A stretch of 33,761 bases of DNA from Candidatus Calescibacterium sp. (GTDB lineage Bacteria > Calescibacteriota > Calescibacteriia > Calescibacteriales > Calescibacteriaceae): positions 1 to 33,761 of the forward strand of contig JAVVGL010000021.1 in NCBI GenBank assembly GCA_032249135.1, read 5' to 3'. The notes below the pieces were generated by a model. The model searched no databases and was not told where the DNA came from. It saw nothing but the letters and a program-made list of their open reading frames with translations. Positions 27,701 through 33,761 of the stretch are shown in pieces (within the stretch, counting starts at the first letter, position 1; each line of letters begins with the position of its first letter). Made by a program: the position numbers and the translations under genes.

Positions 27701-27964
27701 TTTGTTAGTCACGGTAGAGAATGTTTCATCTGGGGAGAAAATATTATCGCCGTTGAAATCAATCTTAACTGAAACAATAGCAGATTCAACAGGATTTCCC
27801 TCATCATCTTTTACAACGCCTGCGAAATTGAGGTCTTGGATTTGAAGTTGTTCGGTTTCCGGTTCTTCCTTTTTGCCACAACCGCATCCTTTTGTACAAG
27901 AAGAATATAGAACAAAGAATAACCCCAAAGAAAGATAAAACCAAAGATATTTTTTGATTATCAT
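21764..27964 (-). CDS. 2066-aa surface protein: lipoprotein signal, carboxypeptidase-regulatory/Ig-like domains, HFS-motif domain, helical region, PKD domains, FG-GAP propeller, C-terminal GC-TM-basic sorting tail
   Basis: LYSSC lipobox; GVVKDDEGNPVESAIVSV; VEHFSSWNVD; SGxAPxxV...WxFGDG PKD repeats; multiple DxNxDGxxD loops; GCSVSLLAFVFHIFILLFLWSILRNNRNHKYKLK. Confidence 0.85.
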   Translation of the reverse strand: MIIKKYLWFYLSLGLFFVLYSSCTKGCGCGKKEEPETEQLQIQDLNFAGVVKDDEGNPVESAIVSVKIDFNGDNIFSPDETFSTVTNKSGFFFIDSKLITARLSQTQSEMLTGRMITGRIITGRIQVDVTKEGFAKNSLHLDGPGFRDIKLSKAAMQKDSSLKDGAQFSLVSVPGRAPILLADKDAKNSRIFAKQEGGEVIAEVSIPPELVSDYKEISGSVAFVNPASQPELMLGSFLAYKPDSEKGFITLSSAGFLSIQLQDEKGEIISTFAPKIARLKGKQAEVKKPTLRMKIPEDVYHTLYDYVNETTDLVEVPMWYYDEIKGVWIQGEELGILQDENGNAIKPTELAKIVLGKETKKLYVYAKVEHFSSWNVDYPVSSHASVVAQFVDSDGNPVSGLRISSQGNTYGGGDWGSSTDNNGIAGVDVKKSDPVHDNPSKGKMFGPYDDYLNGIPDKIPPDGDPSGGGVNCNDIINNYRSILSRDIEAMKDALFNLYLNGLIDGNTYTIHRNALSKASAALDFGSGNIKEDFKNALGYIKAVQKGLEPIGRASSDQIFYERWDEIGKEAKAQLVSLIVDDIYGVLWGPISKAVESGVFSNCGRAAIAAINEFVGLGAFKDFMSNAAAAIAKGEDPAEALAAQFTNPENIIQNIIYKTTDLLISKETLECLGSAGSAIGGLLKGVAEKTFGSLAFLAQTAGMFGAQAIQAWGEHREWKSAKAWETIQPYIDRFHKDFNAFLRAQNVVPIQCKDLFAPFFPFPMGPQPSAAPKAQLSYQVFSLPRVQPKQTSTSGTTTLDVYADDITTFFKMLSSFVDFVFKMDEIVKGGSSYFGERLWAVRCSFIQDKNYYVCSNSENPMDCSFSQEISKYVCTPKSNEKVQYVETSSRIIAYVPAPGIRVGGETRSKILVNGQALDLKTSLGFNLLDIPSPVESSSSHYELYGWSKEVKKPYLYIGKVVLPIKTLKIKGKLVDEAKKPIPDELVCLWTSAQGKCISSSQDGTFSVSWQVNFKAEKEITISAYGLSSPKVVSLPSDLSSGELDLGEIVLQIPIRITNFSVPDSLKKNEKAKLSVSYTGGKNPKVLWKEGSYFSYSKDIGQGDSIDFTLKRSSYICVYVSDDFSSDSRCKFVQVITEKPSISIFAKGEELKEGVDYEFDEKTYVPFEIKVSDPDSSPEELRFSAWISDYKNNYSFSLSNIYSLSPILYTGRVNQDTLSYVNFSVCDGDWNCVQKKINIKVKNNPITPYVKIYPDKVSGHAPLKVGLRIDAKDFAGFISLDTNGDGKEDIKTYSNYVVVELKEQGDFKITAKVKSEDGIEASDSVNIKVFPEFKIISFSADKTQVKRKEVVKFEVSTSSTPLKYRWRFGDLSGTETTQNSVTHFYNPRFAGTFYPKVSVITDIGSEIVSQPIAIQVLNSPPRILSFSASATSGVAPFDVTLSVIAEDDFEVSKYVWVFGDGYKEETTSPSITHRYSSAGEYAASITIYDSDGDTDTKTLRIVILAQPECDIPQVSLYANPTSGYAPLTVTLQATATSLFPISEYRWDFDGDGIIDKTTPSNTTQYTYYSSYSKQVTARVQVVNSCGNSNYATAQVQIYVARQYHSADYFTPISTCFPNDGTTFKFINDDRFKVADVNGDGIRDIVITSMPKQSFFVFYGNSGTLSGTFQFSASYSAIPGHSIESGFAIDDFDGDGKKDVVLSGVFFGASGIETYIYFYKNSGSSFSFSASSQINLGSDYCFPYDIQSADVNQDGKKDILVGCSGLSFFAYGNGNGTFSGTITFPEIEGWVRRAKFVDLDKDGKLDIVGVNLDFLYFFVKLGTSSGFASAVTFTLPNSITPASLDTADFDGDGKDDIVVISKDQILYLYKNNSTPANLSFALQSTANAQIISPLNNISLEVEDMNSDGVPDIIWTAFGSYGGAEFFDLSFGDPSTISGSNGYARETSSYHSGLPFNFGPIGLPDIEVSDVNQDGFTDVVLTYIDTNYPSTQFCIFSFIRKTTAPAPRFADTEKGGIADKIFSEFQDSTGFGSKPVGCSVSLLAFVFHIFILLFLWSILRNNRNHKYKLK
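27593..27637 (-). repeat. Tandem pentapeptide repeat (MLTGR-MITGR-IITGR)
   Basis: Three 15-nt units in frame within the giant gene. Confidence 0.8.
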
Positions 27965-27990
27965 TTGTTTTGAACCTCCCTTTTTGCTTT

Positions 27991-28055
27991 TCTGCAGAGA
28001 TAGAATCCCCAGTCTAACCTGTGTATTAGACTAAAAAGATTTCTACCTCCGCAGA
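27991..28055 (-). promoter_or_regulatory. Long RNA hairpin in the leader of the giant surface-protein gene
   Basis: UCUGCGGAGGUAGAA..UAGUCUAA pairs with UUAGACUGGGGAUUCUAUCUCUGCAGA (~27 bp, several G-U). It lies just upstream of a GGGAGG RBS. Confidence 0.65.
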
Positions 28056-28126
28056 TTTTCTTTTCCTGTTCAAACTTATTTTTTTTGCGTTGTCAAAAAA
28101 TTTTTTCAAGAAATTTTCTTTACAAA

Positions 28127-28537
28127 TTACCAGATTTTTGCTATTACTTCGCCGCCGACATTCATCTTTTTTGCTTTTACACTGCTCAAAATTCCTTTTG
28201 GTGTTGAGAGCAAGAGAATTCCCGTTCCACCAAATACTGGCTGAATATCTTTTGCTTTGATATAAACCCTTCTACCCGGTTTTGAGATTCTCTGAATTCC
28301 TCTTATTACTGAAACTTTAACACGTGGTTCGGGATAAAAATATTTGAGAATTATTTTTAGCTTCCCACTTTTGTTGTCTGGTATTATTTCGTAATCTTTA
28401 ATAAAACCTTCTTCTTTAAGCACTGCGGCAATTTGTATTTTCATTCTTGAGGCAGGTAGTACTACCTCGTCTTTCCTTACAGCAATTGCATTCCTTATTC
28501 TTGTAAGCATATCTGCAATAGGATCTGTCATTCCCAT
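28127..28537 (-). CDS. rpsH: 30S ribosomal protein S8
   Basis: MTDPIADMLTRIRNA, RISKPGRRVY, STPKG, GGEVIAKIW. Start ATG 28537 follows AAAGGGGG; the track extends to 28570. Confidence 0.98.
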   Translation of the reverse strand: MGMTDPIADMLTRIRNAIAVRKDEVVLPASRMKIQIAAVLKEEGFIKDYEIIPDNKSGKLKIILKYFYPEPRVKVSVIRGIQRISKPGRRVYIKAKDIQPVFGGTGILLLSTPKGILSSVKAKKMNVGGEVIAKIW

Positions 28538-28563
28538 ATTAATTTTCCCCCCTTTAATAAGTA

Positions 28564-28749
28564 TTACCAAGAAGCTTTTCTCACTCCGGGGAGGTCTCCC
28601 CGCAAAGCTAATTCCCTAAAACATCTCCTACATAGTTTAAAAAATCTTATAAAACCTCTTGGGTGTCCACATCTGAGGCACCTATTTCTCTTCCTTACTT
28701 TGAATTTTGGAACTTTATATATCTGTTGTCTGTCAGCAGCGGTTGCCAT
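28564..28749 (-). CDS. rpsN: 30S ribosomal protein S14, 61-aa zinc-binding (type Z) form
   Basis: RNRCLRCG...[10 protein letters not shown]...PGVRKASW. Confidence 0.97.
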   Translation of the reverse strand: MATAADRQQIYKVPKFKVRKRNRCLRCGHPRGFIRFFKLCRRCFRELALRGDLPGVRKASW

Positions 28750-28846
28750 ATTTTTTCAAAATAAAGAGATTAAATTTCAATTTCTATTTTTTCAGATTTT
28801 TTCCCGTTCTACAAAAACTATACAAAAAAATCTAAATTCCAATTAT

Positions 28847-29242
28847 ATGGAAAAATTAAATTTGGTAAGGGAAGCAGAAGGAATCTTCCAAATTATCATA
28901 GATAAAATAAAGAAAATAAGCGAGAAAATTGATGAGGATATTTTCTCACCAGATATAAATGAAAATTTCAAGGAGATTTCAAACTATATCCCAAAGCTTC
29001 AAACACTTATTTCTGAGATACTTTCAGGACTTGATCGTGGAGAATTGAAACCTGCTGAGGTAGAAAAGCTCATAACTTTGTCTGGTATAGTAAGTGATGC
29101 ATTTGAAAAGTTAGAGAATAAGCTCCGAATATTTGCTGATGCTGATGCAAAAAGAATAGAATTCCTCACAAGGATATATAATCAAATAAAATCTGCTATG
29201 TCTTACTCATCAAAAGGGAAAAGCATAAAAAAGAAGACATAA
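28847..29242 (+). CDS. Hypothetical all-helical protein
   Basis: ATG 28847 avoids overlap with rpsN; heptad-like pattern; no family recognised with confidence. Confidence 0.6.
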   Translation: MEKLNLVREAEGIFQIIIDKIKKISEKIDEDIFSPDINENFKEISNYIPKLQTLISEILSGLDRGELKPAEVEKLITLSGIVSDAFEKLENKLRIFADADAKRIEFLTRIYNQIKSAMSYSSKGKSIKKKT

Positions 29243-29317
29243 AGGGGAAAAAAGAAAAGAAAAAATAAATTTCAAAAAGTGAAAAATTTGCGGAAAAATA
29301 AAATTTTCTTTGAAAAT

Positions 29318-30085
29318 ATGAGGAGGAATATAATTGTTCAGAAGTTCGGTGGAACATCTGTGGCAAATATTGAAAGGATGCGCAGGGCTTGCTACCACAT
29401 TGAAAGAGAATACAGGAAGGGAAATATGGTCGTTGTCGTAGTCTCAGCTATGGCAGGAGAAACAGATAGACTTATTAATCTGGCTAAATCTATATGTGAG
29501 TTCCCCCCGGAAGATGAGCTTGATGTACTTCTATCAACGGGTGAAACCACATCAGTTGCTCTCCTATCAATGATATTGAGAAATATCGGAATAAAAGCAA
29601 AATCTTATCTTGGATTTCAGGTAAGAATAATAACAGATGATAATTTCTCAAACGCAAGAATAATAGAGATTGAAACCGATAAACTTTTGCGGGATTTATC
29701 AAGAGGAATCGTGCCAGTTGTGGCAGGATTTCAAGGTGTAACTCGGGATGGCAGAATAACAACTTTGGGCAGAGGAGGATCAGATACAACCGCTGTCGCT
29801 CTTGCTGCATCTCTCAAGGCAAAAGTTTGTGAAATATACACAGATGTTCCCGGCGTTTTTACTACCGATCCCAATATAGAGCCAAGGGCAAAAAAAATTG
29901 ATTTTGTATCATATGAGGAGATGATGGAACTCGCTTCCTTGGGTGCAAAGGTTCTACAAATAAGAAGTGTTGAAATAGGAGCAAGATTTAATGTCCCAAT
30001 TCATGTGAGAAGTACATTTTCAGATGAACCCGGAACAATAGTGGCAGAAAGCAGAAAATACTTAAAAAAAATTCTCTCTTATTGA
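29318..30085 (+). CDS. lysC: Aspartate kinase, catalytic domain only (no ACT domains)
   Basis: VQKFGGTSV, VVVSAM, TTLGRGGSDTTA, IYTDVPGVFTTDP, GAKVL. Stops just after GT at the end of the kinase domain. Likely start ATG 29318. Confidence 0.92.
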   Translation: MRRNIIVQKFGGTSVANIERMRRACYHIEREYRKGNMVVVVVSAMAGETDRLINLAKSICEFPPEDELDVLLSTGETTSVALLSMILRNIGIKAKSYLGFQVRIITDDNFSNARIIEIETDKLLRDLSRGIVPVVAGFQGVTRDGRITTLGRGGSDTTAVALAASLKAKVCEIYTDVPGVFTTDPNIEPRAKKIDFVSYEEMMELASLGAKVLQIRSVEIGARFNVPIHVRSTFSDEPGTIVAESRKYLKKILSY

Positions 30086-30139
30086 GTTTTTCTTTATTTT
30101 TTCTGCAAGTTTAAAATTAAAAAAAGGAGGTATTGATTT

Positions 30140-32164
30140 ATGTCAAATCAAGAAGCAACAATTTTAGGGGAACTTTTACCTTATGAGGAAAAAATAGGTG
30201 AAGCTGGAGATTTTACTTTTGTTGATGTAAAAGAATATATTGAAGCTCACAAGAAAACATTAGATAATTATGAAAAGTTCTGGGAAGAAATTGCTTTGGA
30301 GTTAGATTGGTTCAAAAAACCTCAAAAAGTTTTAGAAAGCGGAGAAAAACCATATATTTATAAGTGGTTTTCTGGGGGTTTGATCAATATATCATATCTT
30401 GCTTTGGATAAACATGTAAAGAGTATCAGGAAAAATAAAATTGCTTACATATGGGAAGGAGAACCAGTTGATAAAGATGGGAATCCAAAAGAGATAAGAA
30501 AATTAACATACTATGATCTTTGGAGAGAAGTAAATAGAGCTGCCTATATTCTAAAAAGTAAATTCGGTCTGAAAAAAGGAGATAAGATAGGAATATACTT
30601 GCCTATGATCCCAGAGCTTCCTATATTTATGTTGGCTGCTGCTCGGATAGGAGTAATTTTTACCGTTGTTTTTGCAGGATTTACCGCTGAAAACCTTGCT
30701 ACAAGACTTAACGATATAAAAGCTACATTACTCATAACTGCTGATGGATTTTACAGAAGAGGAAAAATAATCAGGCTAAAAGATATTGCTGATAAGGCTC
30801 TTACTCTATCTCCATCTGTGAAAAATGTAATAGTTGTAAGAAGACTTGGACTTGAAGACTTGAACATGGTTCAAGGTAGGGATTATTTTTTTGATGAACT
30901 TTCAAAGAATGTGAATCCTGGTGTATATGTTGAACCGGAAAAACTTGAAAGTAATGAAACTCTGTATGTTCTCTATACATCTGGAACGACAGGAAAACCG
31001 AAAGGGATAATGCACGATCACGGTGGATATTCTGTTCTCCTTCACGCTACGATGAAATGGGTTTTTGATATAAAAGATGAAGATATACATTTTTGTACGG
31101 CTGATATAGGTTGGGTTACAGGACATAGCTACATAGTTTTTGGGCCGTTAATTGAAGGAGCAACTTCTATTATGTATGAAGGTGCACCAGATTATCCTCA
31201 TCCTGATAGAATATGGTCAATAGTTGAAAGATATGGAGCTACAATCCTTTACACATCTCCTACGCTCGTGAGAATGCTTATGAAATTTGGGGAAGAATGG
31301 GTGAAAAAACATGACCGATCTACTTTGAGAATTATACATTCTGTTGGAGAACCTATAAATCCGGCTGCGTGGAGATGGCTTTATGAGATTGTCGGAGAGA
31401 GGAGATGTCCTGTTGGTTCGACTTGGTGGATGACAGAAACGGGAGGAATAATGATAAGTCATACGCCGGGATTTAAGTTGGTTCATTTGAAACCCGGAAC
31501 TAATGCTTTGCCTTTGCCCGGTATAGATGTTGATGTGGTGGATGAGAAAGGAAATTCTATGGAACCTGGTAAAAAAGGATTTTTAGTTATAAGAAAACCT
31601 TGGCCTGGGATGCCATCTTGGCCCGATGGTATATGGGAAGATTATCAAAGGTATGTTCAGGTTTATTGGGATAAGATCAAAGGGCTATTTTTTACGGGAG
31701 ACTGGGCTATTCGTGATCAAGATGGATATATATGGGTCCTGGGTAGGGCAGATGAGGTTTTAAAAGTTGCAGGGCACAGAATAGGAACTTATGAACTTGA
31801 ATCAACTTTGGTATCTCATAAAGCAGTTGCAGAGTCAGCAGTCGTTGGGTATCCAGATGAGATAAAAGGTGAGGTTCCTGTTGCTTTTGTTAGTTTGAAA
31901 GCTGGATTTTCTCCTTCTGCGGAACTTGAGGAGGAGTTAAAAGGCTGGATAAGGCGGGAGTTTGGACCAATAGCTGTTCCATCTCAGATTTTCTTTGTTT
32001 CTCGTTTGCCGAAGACAAGGAGCGGTAAGATAATGAGAAGGCTTTTGCGAGCGGTATTAGAAAACAAACCCTTGGGGGACATAACTACATTAGAAGATGA
32101 AGCCGCTGTGGAGGAGATAAAAGAAGCTTATGAGCATATTTCAAAAGAAATAAAGCGCACCTGA
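30140..32164 (+). CDS. acs: AMP-forming acetyl-CoA synthetase
   Basis: YTSGTTGKPKG, ADIGWVTGHSY, SVGEPINP, TWWMTETGG, PKTRSGKIMRR; AAGGAGG RBS. Confidence 0.96.
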   Translation: MSNQEATILGELLPYEEKIGEAGDFTFVDVKEYIEAHKKTLDNYEKFWEEIALELDWFKKPQKVLESGEKPYIYKWFSGGLINISYLALDKHVKSIRKNKIAYIWEGEPVDKDGNPKEIRKLTYYDLWREVNRAAYILKSKFGLKKGDKIGIYLPMIPELPIFMLAAARIGVIFTVVFAGFTAENLATRLNDIKATLLITADGFYRRGKIIRLKDIADKALTLSPSVKNVIVVRRLGLEDLNMVQGRDYFFDELSKNVNPGVYVEPEKLESNETLYVLYTSGTTGKPKGIMHDHGGYSVLLHATMKWVFDIKDEDIHFCTADIGWVTGHSYIVFGPLIEGATSIMYEGAPDYPHPDRIWSIVERYGATILYTSPTLVRMLMKFGEEWVKKHDRSTLRIIHSVGEPINPAAWRWLYEIVGERRCPVGSTWWMTETGGIMISHTPGFKLVHLKPGTNALPLPGIDVDVVDEKGNSMEPGKKGFLVIRKPWPGMPSWPDGIWEDYQRYVQVYWDKIKGLFFTGDWAIRDQDGYIWVLGRADEVLKVAGHRIGTYELESTLVSHKAVAESAVVGYPDEIKGEVPVAFVSLKAGFSPSAELEEELKGWIRREFGPIAVPSQIFFVSRLPKTRSGKIMRRLLRAVLENKPLGDITTLEDEAAVEEIKEAYEHISKEIKRT

Positions 32165-32287
32165 AAATTTATTTTATGGCAATGCCTTGTCGCAATCATC
32201 TAAAATTATAATTTCTTCCCTAAATTCAAAAATTTTGCAAAATTCCGTTTTAAGCTAAATTCAATTATTACAATTTGTTTAATTTAT

Positions 32288-33761
32288 ATGTTCATAACTA
32301 CAAGCTTTAAACTCGTTGTAAGTAAAGATGAGAAAGAACAAATTCTCAAACTTATGAGGAATTTCTCTTCTGCTGTAAGATTCTCTTACAAAAGACTCCT
32401 TGAGGGTTTCACCACTTTGCAAACTTACACAATAACAAGACAGAAATTCCCAGAACTCAATTCTCATTATGTGAATTGCGCAGTTGAGAAAGCAAGAGAA
32501 ATTTTTCAAAGTTGCAAAGCAAGAGGACAGAATCCAAAAAAGCTCATATTTGGTGGTAGAACCTTATTTGAAAAGCTCAAAAAGAATCATCTTCAAGGAA
32601 AAAGATTAAAGGAACTAAAAAGAAAATGGAAAGAAAAGAGGCAGGGAACTCTGATAAGCATAGGCGCAAAGCACATAACTCACAAAGGTAACCTTAATTT
32701 AAGATTTATCCCTGCTGAAAAAGGTAAAAACAATCTTCTGTTAAGAATAGCTTTGAAGAACAGGAAATTTATATTAGCAAAGGTAAAGAGAGATTTGAGC
32801 GGAAAATCAGATAAATGGGCTTTATTCTTGGCAAAAATCTTATCTGGGGAGCAATTCCCTTACACCGTTGAGCTAAAATTAAAAGATAGTCAAATCTATG
32901 GATTTGTCAGGTTCTCATTAGATGTTCCTCCACAAACAATTACAAAATCAAAAGGAGTTATAGGGATAGATGTGAATGCAAGACCTTTTCATCTTGCTCT
33001 TGCAGAGGTTTCTCCCGATGGAAATTTACAAAGCTATAAATCAATTTATCTTTCCCATCTTTTGAAATGCAAAAGCAGAAACAGAAAAGAGTATGAGGAG
33101 TGGTTGATAGCTCATGAGGTTATAAAATTTGCGAAAGAGAAAGGAAAAGCTATTGCAATTGAGGATATAAAAAATCTTCCAAAAGGAAAAAGAGGAGATG
33201 GTAAAGCAAAGATCAGAAAAATCTTGCAATTTTTCTCTTATAGGAGGATACTGAAAAAGATAGAGAGTTTAGCAAATCAGGAGGGTATAGAAATAGTAAA
33301 GGTAAATCCAGCATTTACATCTTTAATAGGTATGATGAAATATTGTCCGCAGTATTTTATAGATAAAGATGTGGCAGGAGCGTATGTTATAGGTAGGAAA
33401 GCATTAGGGTTTCAAGAGAAAATTCCAGAGAACTACAAAAAGCTTCTAAAAAGCCAGATTTACATTCAATATGCACTATGGAGATTAGGGAAAATGGAGG
33501 AGGAATTGAAAAATAAGTTGAATCAAGAGAAAAACAAATACAAGGTAAATGGAATAAAGAGAGATTTGAGGAGGTTAAAGAGGGAGAGGAAATTTTTGGA
33601 GAGATTTTTGGTTGAAACCAATAGAAAAGAAAGCTCTCAGAGTGAGCCAGAGACCCAAAAGCAGGGGAACCTGAGGAAGGAACCTGTGAGGGGTCCGGAA
33701 AGCGGGCAAAAACTCTGGCGAGTTCTGAGGGTAGCCTTCGCTATACCTCTCCTTGGGAGGT
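32288..33761 (+). CDS. tnpB: IS200/IS605-family TnpB-related RuvC nuclease (3'-partial, at least 491 codons), not in the ORF track
   Basis: Hand translation from ATG 32288 is open to the window end: MFITTSFKL...LMRNFSSAVRFSYKRL...IFGGR...KGNLNLR...GVIGIDVN (D228)...IAIED (E292)...VNPAFTS...DKDVAGAYVIGR (D361). Confidence 0.9.
   Translation, partial: MFITTSFKLVVSKDEKEQILKLMRNFSSAVRFSYKRLLEGFTTLQTYTITRQKFPELNSHYVNCAVEKAREIFQSCKARGQNPKKLIFGGRTLFEKLKKNHLQGKRLKELKRKWKEKRQGTLISIGAKHITHKGNLNLRFIPAEKGKNNLLLRIALKNRKFILAKVKRDLSGKSDKWALFLAKILSGEQFPYTVELKLKDSQIYGFVRFSLDVPPQTITKSKGVIGIDVNARPFHLALAEVSPDGNLQSYKSIYLSHLLKCKSRNRKEYEEWLIAHEVIKFAKEKGKAIAIEDIKNLPKGKRGDGKAKIRKILQFFSYRRILKKIESLANQEGIEIVKVNPAFTSLIGMMKYCPQYFIDKDVAGAYVIGRKALGFQEKIPENYKKLLKSQIYIQYALWRLGKMEEELKNKLNQEKNKYKVNGIKRDLRRLKRERKFLERFLVETNRKESSQSEPETQKQGNLRKEPVRGPESGQKLWRVLRVAFAIPLLGR
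33633..33761 (+). ncRNA. Structured RNA overlapping the tnpB 3' end (candidate omega/reRNA scaffold, partial)
   Basis: 33633-33652 pairs with 33713-33732 (18 bp with a tandem GA internal loop), enclosing two GNRA-capped hairpins. Two further hairpins follow. Confidence 0.65.

Noticed and set aside
27965-28126. Known riboswitch (e.g. c-di-GMP) or intrinsic terminator
   Set aside because: A single long stem with no recognisable aptamer consensus and no U-tract after it on the coding strand.
28700-28846. N-terminal extension of the hypothetical ORF in the track
   Set aside because: It overlaps the divergent rpsN start and its promoter region; ATG 28847 is more plausible.
30064-30071. A8 run as a frameshift removing the aspartokinase ACT domains
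   Set aside because: acs starts about 70 bp later, leaving no ACT-coding sequence.
88-33229. Numerous 60-126-aa ORFs antisense or out of frame to long genes
   Set aside because: They overlap well-supported genes and have no motifs; expected shadows of purine-rich coding strands.
32165-33761. Cas12f/CRISPR locus or complete IS605 with tnpA
   Set aside because: No repeat-spacer array, cas gene or tnpA is visible and no clear left-end hairpin was found. Downstream sequence is outside the window.

Overview
AT-rich bacterial window with several lipoproteins and predicted outer-membrane proteins, so probably a diderm; Lys/Glu-rich proteins and archaeal-type PurC and Acs hint at a thermophile. (1) 1-8.9 kb is an Rhs/YD-repeat polymorphic locus: a 5'-truncated Rhs, then a frameshifted orphan Rhs core with a different tip. 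Each Rhs tip is followed by a signal-peptide, beta-barrel-like gene in place of a typical immunity gene, and a split FG-GAP lipoprotein ends the locus. (2) 8.9-32.2 kb is a scrambled set of housekeeping genes detached from their usual operons (histidine kinase, GT2, oppA, purC, menA, rplU, nuoA, polA, fpr, rfbB, rpsN-rpsH, ACT-less aspartokinase, acs). It also holds a stand-alone Mrr-like nuclease and a 2066-aa doubly anchored surface protein with an HFS autoproteolysis-like motif and a long 5' hairpin. (3) 32.3 kb to the end holds a large zinc-finger-less TnpB-like RuvC nuclease missed by the ORF track, whose 3' coding region folds into a multibranch, omega-RNA-like structure. No tRNA, rRNA or CRISPR array was seen. 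All calls come from reading motifs by eye; no searches were run.
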